A stretch of 11,678 nucleotides of DNA from Vulcanimicrobiota bacterium. Lineage in GTDB: Bacteria; Vulcanimicrobiota; Vulcanimicrobiia; Vulcanimicrobiales; Vulcanimicrobiaceae. A program made the position numbers and the translations under genes. Below, piece by piece: positions 1-5,850 of this stretch. The first letter of the stretch is position 1, and every line of letters starts with the position of its first letter. Location of the stretch: the NCBI GenBank assembly GCA_003133025.1, contig PKZK01000050.1, forward strand, positions 481 through 12,158, written 5' to 3'. Below the pieces are notes generated by a model. That model did no database searches. It saw nothing but the letters and a program-made list of their open reading frames with translations, and was not told the DNA's origin.

Positions 1-85
1 CGATGCGCATGGGCGGCTCAGCAGCTTATGGTTCGCCGGAAGCCGCACCTCTCGGAGCGACGCTTTGCCGGTTCGCTCCGGCGTC

Positions 86-111
86 GCAACGGCCGCGACG
101 CCACCCGCGTT
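86..111 (+). promoter_or_regulatory. Putative ECF-sigma promoter (GCAAC-N17-CGTT) for the 120..533 gene
   Basis: GCAAC at 86-90 and CGTT at 108-111 match the AAC/CGT signature and spacing of ECF promoters. The ATG lies 8 nt downstream with no properly spaced Shine-Dalgarno. An 8-bp inverted repeat (GGCGTCGC 80-87 / GCGACGCC 95-102) overlaps it. Confidence 0.4.
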
Positions 112-119
112 ATGGGGGC

Positions 120-533
120 ATGTTCGCACCGCTCGCCGTGCTCGCGCTGAATGCAGCGCTGGCCGCCGCCACGCCCGCGGCCGCCACCCCGGCGGCGCCT
201 CGCGCCGACGACGCGTGCACGACCGAGGCCTTCACGATCGAAGGCCGCGCGGTCACGCTGCAGGTCTGCGCACCGGCCGCCGTGCCTCCGGCCGAGAAGG
301 GCAAGCGGGCTGTGGTCGTGCTGCGCGAGACCGTTTCCGCAGGCGGCGTCACCTTCGTGCGGGCCGCGACGCTCGACTACCATCAAGGCGCCGAGTCGTC
401 GCGCGCGATCGACGACGTGCCCCTGGACAAGCTGAACATCGCCAAGACGCTGCATCTCTCGGTAGAATTCAAGCCGGGTAGCGTCCACCTCGAACACGTC
501 CTGCTGATCCCGGGCGCCATACCCCTGAAATAG
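120..533 (+). CDS. Small secreted hypothetical protein (~137 aa)
   Basis: In the frame of track ORF 3..533. ATG at 120 gives MFAPLAVLALNAALAAA, a hydrophobic signal-peptide-like stretch, then an Ala/Pro linker and a beta-rich-looking domain with two Cys. Codon third positions are strongly GC, and residues upstream of 120 look non-coding. Confidence 0.75.
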   Translation: MFAPLAVLALNAALAAATPAAATPAAPRADDACTTEAFTIEGRAVTLQVCAPAAVPPAEKGKRAVVVLRETVSAGGVTFVRAATLDYHQGAESSRAIDDVPLDKLNIAKTLHLSVEFKPGSVHLEHVLLIPGAIPLK

Positions 534-597
534 GTTTCGGCGGCCGCAACCGGAGGCCGCAAATGCGTTTTGGGCACATTAATGAGAAGGCGCTACA

Positions 598-615
598 TCG
601 CGTTTTCAAACGCGA
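598..615. promoter_or_regulatory. Perfect 8-bp inverted repeat TCGCGTTT-tc-AAACGCGA, possible operator
   Basis: Dyad read directly in an AT-enriched intergenic stretch, ending 19 nt before the ATG at 635. Confidence 0.35.
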
Positions 616-634
616 AGATACCAGATCGCTGTCG

Positions 635-2065
635 ATGACCGAGATCGCCGCGGAGTCAGTCCCCCCTCGCGAGCGAGCACGTTTGGTCAACGACTCGATG
701 CCTGCAGGCCTCTTCGGAGGCGTTGGAGTCGACGAAAACCATACGGCTTGGCTCCTCTCACCGGAGCCATTTCGGCTCAAACCGGAGACCCTAGCGGCGA
801 TCGAGCGGCTCGGAACCGACCTCCTGGTCTTCTACCGTGCCTTTGCGAGCCTCTATCAGCGCAGCGCTCGCGGCACGGCCCCGGCCTTCGTGGCCGACTA
901 CCTCGACCAGGGCAAGCCCGGCTTCATCGTGAGGCTGGGGCGCCAGAATCGCTTTAAGAGCGAGATCCCGGGCGTCATGCGACCCGACCTGATCCTGACC
1001 GAGGGCGGCTTCATCGCCTCCGAGCTCGACAGCGTGCCGGGCGGCATGGGTTTCGTCGGCGCGATGGGCGCGGCTTACGGCAAACTCGGTTTTGAAACGA
1101 TCGGCGGCAGCGACGGCATGGCCGCCGGGCTCGCGGGCATGCTCGCGGCGGTGACCGGCAAATCCAATCCCACCACGGCGATCGTCGTCTCCGACGAGTC
1201 GGGCGCGTACCGGCCCGAACTGAATTGGCTGGCCGCATCGATCCGCGACACCGGCCGCGGCGACGTGCACGTCTGCCGTCCCGAAGAGATCGTGTTCACC
1301 GAGGAGGCGCTCTTCGTGCGCCTGCCCGATGGTGAAGAGCGTAAGCTCGACGCCCTCTACCGCAATTTCGAACTCTTCGATTTGCTCAACGTGCCCAAGC
1401 AAGAGCTGATCATCTACGCCGCCAAACGCAATCGCGTCAAGATGACGCCGCCGCCCAAGGCGCATCTCGAAGAGAAACTCTGCTTCGCGCTGCTGCACCA
1501 TCCGCTGCTCGCAAAGTATTGGAAGAGCGAGTTGCGCGACGCCTTCGACCGGCTGCGCGCGATCTTTCCGCGAACCTGGGTGCTCGATCCGCGACCGCTT
1601 CCGCCGCAGGCCGCAATTTGGGAATTGAGTGCGGCGGGCGAGCCCGTGCAAGATTGGATGCAGTTGCTGGCGCTGGGCAAGAGCGAGCGCGACTACGTCG
1701 TCAAACCCTCCGGTTTCTCCGAACTCGCCTGGGGCTCGCGGGGGGTCAAGGTCGCTAACGATCTGACCAAGGACGAGTGGCAGCAGACGCTGAGCGAAGC
1801 GCTCACCTCGTATGCGACCACGCCGTACATCCTGCAGCGTTTCCACAAGGGCAAGCGCGTGCGTATCCCCTACTACGATCGCAAGCAAGACGACGTTGCC
1901 ATGCTCGACGGCCGCGTCCGCTTATGTCCCTACTACTTCGTCGAGGGCGACGACGTGCGCTTGGGCGGCATCCTCGCCACGATCGCCCCCGCCGACAAAC
2001 GCCTGATCCACGGCATGTCCGACGCGGTCATGGGCCCCTGCGCCGTCCACCCCGACGGCTACTGA
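635..2065 (+). CDS. Uncharacterised circularly permuted ATP-grasp-like amide ligase (glutathionylspermidine synthetase / glutathione synthetase-like fold)
   Basis: Long ORF with coding-like codon bias. Motif order RPDL, ELDSVPGG, YVVKPSG, WGSRGV, YILQRF, VRLCPY fits the R-x-D, E-x-N(D), Lys, Gly-loop and xLQxF arrangement of this fold. ATG 635 is preferred over 563 because 563-634 is AT-rich and looks regulatory. The CDS is solid; the function is inferred. Confidence 0.7.
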   Translation: MTEIAAESVPPRERARLVNDSMPAGLFGGVGVDENHTAWLLSPEPFRLKPETLAAIERLGTDLLVFYRAFASLYQRSARGTAPAFVADYLDQGKPGFIVRLGRQNRFKSEIPGVMRPDLILTEGGFIASELDSVPGGMGFVGAMGAAYGKLGFETIGGSDGMAAGLAGMLAAVTGKSNPTTAIVVSDESGAYRPELNWLAASIRDTGRGDVHVCRPEEIVFTEEALFVRLPDGEERKLDALYRNFELFDLLNVPKQELIIYAAKRNRVKMTPPPKAHLEEKLCFALLHHPLLAKYWKSELRDAFDRLRAIFPRTWVLDPRPLPPQAAIWELSAAGEPVQDWMQLLALGKSERDYVVKPSGFSELAWGSRGVKVANDLTKDEWQQTLSEALTSYATTPYILQRFHKGKRVRIPYYDRKQDDVAMLDGRVRLCPYYFVEGDDVRLGGILATIAPADKRLIHGMSDAVMGPCAVHPDGY

Positions 2066-2075
2066 GGTCGGGGCA

Positions 2076-2210
2076 TCATCCCGGCTCGGTACGCCGAATC
2101 GCGAGCGCGCGCTCGTGCAGCGGCTGCGCCTCGGCGTAGCGCCCTTCCGAGTACGACCCAAAAGCGAGGGCATTTAAAGCCTCGGCAACGTCGGGTTGAT
2201 CGGGCGTCAT
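2076..2210 (-). CDS. 44-aa single tetratricopeptide-repeat ORF (TPR_10/TPR_12-like); microprotein or gene remnant
   Basis: Manual translation gives MTPDQPDVAEALNALAFGSYSEGRYAEAQPLHERALAIRRTEPG*, matching the kinesin-light-chain-type TPR pattern PDHPDVAxSLNNLAxxYxxQGRYAEAEPLYERALAIRE. GGAGGAG directly precedes the ATG. It is absent from the ORF track. Confidence 0.65.
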   Translation of the reverse strand: MTPDQPDVAEALNALAFGSYSEGRYAEAQPLHERALAIRRTEPG

Positions 2211-2259
2211 CTCCTCCGCCGGTCGCCTCCGCAGCACAAGCCGAAGCGGCGCGCAGAAC

Positions 2260-3417
2260 TCATCGCTCAGCCGCGAGCGCGTCGAGCAACGCGTCGATAT
2301 GCGCGGCGGGGTTGTGGCCGTGGGGTGAGACGCGCAGGCCCGTCGGGCGGAAGGTCGTGACGATGCCGGCCTTACCTAAGCGGCGGCCGAGTTCGACCGA
2401 GTCGACGCCGGGGAGCGAGAACGTCACGACACCCGACGAGATGCCTGGGCCGCGCAGCGTCGAGATCTGCGCGCCCAGCGAGTGCAGGCCCTCGACGAGT
2501 CGGTCGGTCAGCGCCAGCACGTGCGCGGCGATGCGGTCCAGGCCGCCTTCTTCGATCACGTCCATCGAGTTGGACATCGCAACCGCGCCGTGGAAGTTCG
2601 GCGTGCCGCCCTCGAAGCGGCTGCCGTCGGGCGCGAGCGGTTGTTCGTAGTCGAGAAAATCCCAAATGTCGGCGACGTCGCGCCAGCCGCGCCAGCGCAC
2701 CGCGAGGCGCTCGAACAGACGCGGCGCGACGTACAGAAAACTCACGCCAGGCAAGGCCAAGAGCCATTTTGCACCGCCGGCGTAGAGCGCGTCGATGCCC
2801 AGCGCCGTCGCATCCATCGGAAACGCGCCGAGCCCCTGAATCGCATCGACGCAGAACCAGGCACCGCTCGCGTGCGCGATCTCCGCGAGAGCGGCGAGAT
2901 CGTGCCGGTAGCCGTCGAAGAAGCTGACCCACGACACGGCCACCACGCGCGTCCGCGAAGACATCTCGCGGCGCAAGACGTCGGGCGTCATGCGTTCGTG
3001 CGGCGTGCGGATGAAGCGGACGACGACGCCCAATTCGCGTAGCGCCAGCCAGGGCATCGCGTTCGCGCCGAACTCGTTATCGCAGATGACGATCTCGTCG
3101 CCCGGCTGCCAATCCAAGCCGCGCGCGACGACGTTTGCGCCGTCGCCGGTATTGCGCAGCAGCGCGACGCCGCCGTCACTGCTGCCGCCGACGAACCGTC
3201 CGATACGCGCGCGAATCTTGGGCAGCGCGGCTTCGGCCGAGACGAAGCCCAGCACGCCGCGCTCGGCTTGACCGTTGATCAGCGCCAGGAGCGCGTCGCG
3301 CGTGCGCACCGGCAACACGCCGGCGGCCGCATGATTGAGATACACCAAGCCCTCCGCCTGCGCGAACTCGCGCGCGGCGAGGGGCGTCGCGAGGCTCGCC
3401 GTGACGCTCTCGGCTAT
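2260..3417 (-). CDS. Class V PLP-dependent enzyme (C-S lyase / CefD-like), lacking the cysteine desulfurase active-site Cys
   Basis: Motifs REF..YLNHAA, DAIQ, GGAKWL (Schiff-base Lys), RFEGGTPN and LRVSPH. The start is uncertain: the track uses TTG 3348, but the frame stays open and family-like up to ATA 3417. Confidence 0.85.
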   Translation of the reverse strand: MAESVTASLATPLAAREFAQAEGLVYLNHAAAGVLPVRTRDALLALINGQAERGVLGFVSAEAALPKIRARIGRFVGGSSDGGVALLRNTGDGANVVARGLDWQPGDEIVICDNEFGANAMPWLALRELGVVVRFIRTPHERMTPDVLRREMSSRTRVVAVSWVSFFDGYRHDLAALAEIAHASGAWFCVDAIQGLGAFPMDATALGIDALYAGGAKWLLALPGVSFLYVAPRLFERLAVRWRGWRDVADIWDFLDYEQPLAPDGSRFEGGTPNFHGAVAMSNSMDVIEEGGLDRIAAHVLALTDRLVEGLHSLGAQISTLRGPGISSGVVTFSLPGVDSVELGRRLGKAGIVTTFRPTGLRVSPHGHNPAAHIDALLDALAAER

Positions 3418-4265
3418 GACGCCCCCGGATGCGGCGCGGCGGGAATTTCCACGGGCGCCGTGACCAGCGGTTTGCGGGTCAAGAGCCGCGCCGTCAACTG
3501 GTAATTGCCCGGCGGCAACGCGCCGTAGCCGGTCGCCGTCGGCGCGGGCGGCACGCTATCCTTGGGCGCGATCGTCTTGAAGCCCACGATCATGTTGAAT
3601 ACCATGCCGCGCGTCGAGTCCCACACGATCGTGCCGTCGCGGCTGACCACGAACGCGACGCGTCCGCCGTTGGGAAATTCGAGCGAGACCGGCACGTTCG
3701 ACGAATTCGTCACGACGAGGTGCGCGTGCAGTGTACCTTGCGAATCGACCGAACCCGAAGGCAGCAGCGTCAACACGGCGGCGGACGGCGTAGCGGGCGG
3801 CGGCGGCGTGCCGGGCAGGCCGGCCATCGATGCGAACGGGCGCACGCCGAGCCTGGCCTCGTGCGCTTTGGCGTCGATGGCGAGCGTGGCGCCGCCGACG
3901 CGCGCGACCGTCTGCAAGGGCACGTAGAAGTCGCCGTCCAGTTTGAAGGGCGCGCCCGGCAACGTGCGCGGCTTGCCGTCGAACCGTGCGGTCTTGGAGC
4001 CGATCCGGAAGATCGCCGTGTGGTGCTGGATCGAGAGCCGCACGGTATTGCCCGCGTCGGCGAAGGTCAGCAGCCCGCTGAACGTCTTGGTCGCGATCAC
4101 CACGTCGATGAAGAGCACGCCGTTGCGCGACACGGCGCCCGTGCCTGCCGTTCGCGCCGTCAGGGGCCGTCCATCGAGCAGAATCGTATAGGGCACGTCG
4201 GCGGCTTGCGCGGCAACGCTCAAGGCGGCGACGGCGGCTAAGCCGGCGGCAAATCTGCGGACCAT
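3414..4265 (-). CDS. Secreted protein with copper amine oxidase N-terminal (stalk) domain and BsuPI-like Ig-fold domain
   Basis: Signal peptide MVRRFAAGLAAVAALSVAAQA. Stalk signature IGSKTARFDGKPRTLPGAPFKLDGDFYVPL. Pro linker, then a BsuPI-like pattern VTNSSNVPVSLEF..FVV..DGTIVW..F..LPPGNYQLTA. Confidence 0.75.
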   Translation of the reverse strand: MVRRFAAGLAAVAALSVAAQAADVPYTILLDGRPLTARTAGTGAVSRNGVLFIDVVIATKTFSGLLTFADAGNTVRLSIQHHTAIFRIGSKTARFDGKPRTLPGAPFKLDGDFYVPLQTVARVGGATLAIDAKAHEARLGVRPFASMAGLPGTPPPPATPSAAVLTLLPSGSVDSQGTLHAHLVVTNSSNVPVSLEFPNGGRVAFVVSRDGTIVWDSTRGMVFNMIVGFKTIAPKDSVPPAPTATGYGALPPGNYQLTARLLTRKPLVTAPVEIPAAPHPGAS

Positions 4266-4271
4266 GGGTTG

Positions 4272-4297
4272 TACTTAACCCGGGCGCTCGAAATTCC
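4272..4297 (-). promoter_or_regulatory. Putative ECF-sigma promoter (GGAAT-N18-GTA), probably leaderless
   Basis: The minus strand reads GGAAT (4297-4293), 18 nt, GTA (4274-4272), 6 nt, then ATG 4265, with no Shine-Dalgarno. This resembles GGAAT-N18-GTT SigR/SigH-type promoters. Confidence 0.4.
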
Positions 4298-4319
4298 CGC
4301 GCCGCTCGGGCGCCCGGGT
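4278..4319. repeat. 14-bp imperfect inverted repeat directly after the phoU stop
   Basis: ACCCGGGCGCTCGA (4278-4291) and TCGGGCGCCCGGGT (4306-4319), one mismatch, 14-nt loop. There is no long U-tract, so intrinsic termination is uncertain. Confidence 0.6.
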
Positions 4320-4951
4320 CACGCGCCGAGCATCTCCTTGGTGTGCCAGGCGATGTTCTGCGCCCGGTCGCCTACGCGCTCGAGCGTGGCCAGCACGAAT
4401 AGGATGATCGTGCCCGCGCGCACCACGCCGCTATCGGCCTGCATCTCCTCTTGCAGTGCCTCGATGCCGCGGTGGTACAGTTTATCGACCTCGTCGTCGC
4501 GCGCGATGACCGACTCCGCCAACGTCTCGTCGGCCTCGGTGTAACTGCGCATGACGTCGCGCACCATGTCGATCGCGATCGCGGCGATCCGCCCGACTTC
4601 GACGCGCGCCGGACGCAGAGGCACGTCGGCCAGCTTGATCGAGTTCTTGGCAATCTCGACCGCGTAGTCGCCGATGCGCTCGAGGTCGGTCACCGTTTCG
4701 AGCATCGCCGCGACCTGACGCAATTCGCCGGCCACGGGCTGCTGCTTCCAAATCAGTTCGATGCACGACGATTCGACCTTACGCCGCAGATCGTCGACGA
4801 TGTCGTCACCCGCGACGACGCGCGCGGCCAAGTTCGTGTCGCGCTTTTCGAGCGCTTGCACCGAGGCCGAGAGCGCATCGGCAACCAGGGCTCCGAGACG
4901 GACGACGTCGAGCCGAGTCTGTTCGAGTGCCTCGTGATAGGCGGTGCGCAT
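4319..4951 (-). CDS. phoU: Phosphate signalling complex protein PhoU
   Basis: Two PhoU repeats with GDDIVDDL, QQPVAGELR, TDLERIGDYAVEIA, RDDEVDKLY and LERVGDRAQNIA. ATG 4951 (MRTAYHEALE) fits typical PhoU N-termini and has AAGG upstream. Confidence 0.95.
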   Translation of the reverse strand: MRTAYHEALEQTRLDVVRLGALVADALSASVQALEKRDTNLAARVVAGDDIVDDLRRKVESSCIELIWKQQPVAGELRQVAAMLETVTDLERIGDYAVEIAKNSIKLADVPLRPARVEVGRIAAIAIDMVRDVMRSYTEADETLAESVIARDDEVDKLYHRGIEALQEEMQADSGVVRAGTIILFVLATLERVGDRAQNIAWHTKEMLGA

Positions 4952-5052
4952 GCGTCTACCTTGCGTTTCGGGCGGCATGCGCCCTGCGCCGCGAACCTCC
5001 GCTTGCCGGATGCCGTGCGGGGGAGGCCCCGCCGCGAAACGAAGCGCTCGTC

Positions 5053-5850
5053 GTGCACAGCTTCGACAATTTCGAGACCATCCTCGTCGAGCGCGAAGGC
5101 AACGTCGCCGTCGTCACGCTCAACCGGCCCAAGGTGCTCAACGCCCTTAACGCCTTAATGATCGCCGAACTGAGCGATGCGCTGGCCCGCTTGGATGCCG
5201 ACGACTCGATTCGCGCGATCGTGCTGACCGGCTCCGGCGATCGCGCGTTCGCCGCCGGCGCCGACATCGGCGAACTCAGCGCCCTGCCCAATGCCGTCGC
5301 GGGCGTCGCGAAAGCTCGCTCGGGGCAAGGCCTCACCTTGCGCATCGAGCGGATGCGCACGCCCGTGATCGCCGCCGTGAACGGCTTCGCGCTCGGCGGC
5401 GGGTGCGAACTCGCGCTGGGTTGCGACATTCGCTTGGCCAGCGAGAAGGCGCGCTTCGGTCAACCCGAGGTCAACCTCGGCTTGATGCCCGGCTTCGGCG
5501 GCTCGCAGCGCACCGCGCGCATCCTCGGACGGGGCATGGCGATGTACCTCTGTTTGTCGGGCGAGATGATCGACGCGCACGAAGCGTTGCGGGCCGGGTT
5601 GGTGGAGAAGGTCGTCGCGCCCGAGGGTCTGCTCGACGAGGCCAAACGAATCGCGAGCGTGATCGCCGCAAAGGCGCCGCTCGCCGTCGAAGCGGTGAAA
5701 CGCGCGATCGATGAAGGCATCTCGCTCTCGACCGCCGCCGGCCTCGAAATCGAAGCCTTGCATTTCGGCACGCTCGTCGACACCGCCGATTTCAAGGAAG
5801 GCACCTCGGCCTTTCTGGAAAAGCGCGCGCCGAGCTTTACCGGAACCTAG
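5053..5850 (+). CDS. Enoyl-CoA hydratase (crotonase family)
   Basis: TLNRPKVLNALN, AFAAGADI (oxyanion hole), AAVNGFALGGGCELA and FGQPEV carry both catalytic Glu; C-terminal EGTSAFLEKR. GTG start at 5053 chosen from family length. Confidence 0.93.
   Translation: MHSFDNFETILVEREGNVAVVTLNRPKVLNALNALMIAELSDALARLDADDSIRAIVLTGSGDRAFAAGADIGELSALPNAVAGVAKARSGQGLTLRIERMRTPVIAAVNGFALGGGCELALGCDIRLASEKARFGQPEVNLGLMPGFGGSQRTARILGRGMAMYLCLSGEMIDAHEALRAGLVEKVVAPEGLLDEAKRIASVIAAKAPLAVEAVKRAIDEGISLSTAAGLEIEALHFGTLVDTADFKEGTSAFLEKRAPSFTGT

Noticed and set aside
1..28. Possible start of a divergent minus-strand gene (ATG at 10, TAAGCT -10-like element at 28-23)
   Set aside because: Only three codons lie inside the window; plausible but unsupportable.
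3..119. N-terminal extension of track ORF 3..533
   Set aside because: It precedes a clear signal-like peptide, looks non-coding and contains promoter-like motifs.
165..194. Tandem AATPA-AATPA repeat
   Set aside because: Low-complexity linker with divergent codons; not a DNA repeat element.
540..571. 6-bp hairpin as a terminator, and GCAAC-N15-CGTT as a third ECF promoter
   Set aside because: The stem is short and not directly followed by a U-tract, and the spacing is 2 nt shorter than the other candidates.
791..1888. 365-aa antisense ORF
   Set aside because: Shadow frame of the ligase, expected in GC-rich DNA, with no recognisable motifs.
2102..2115. 14-bp perfect palindrome CGAGCGCGCGCTCG
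   Set aside because: Explained by the codons for ERAL in the TPR frame and by CG-rich composition.
2260..3417. Annotation as cysteine desulfurase (sufS/iscS)
   Set aside because: The active-site Cys loop (RxGHHCA or SSGSAC) is absent.
3414..4265. Annotation as a copper amine oxidase enzyme
   Set aside because: Only the stalk domain is present, with no catalytic domain.
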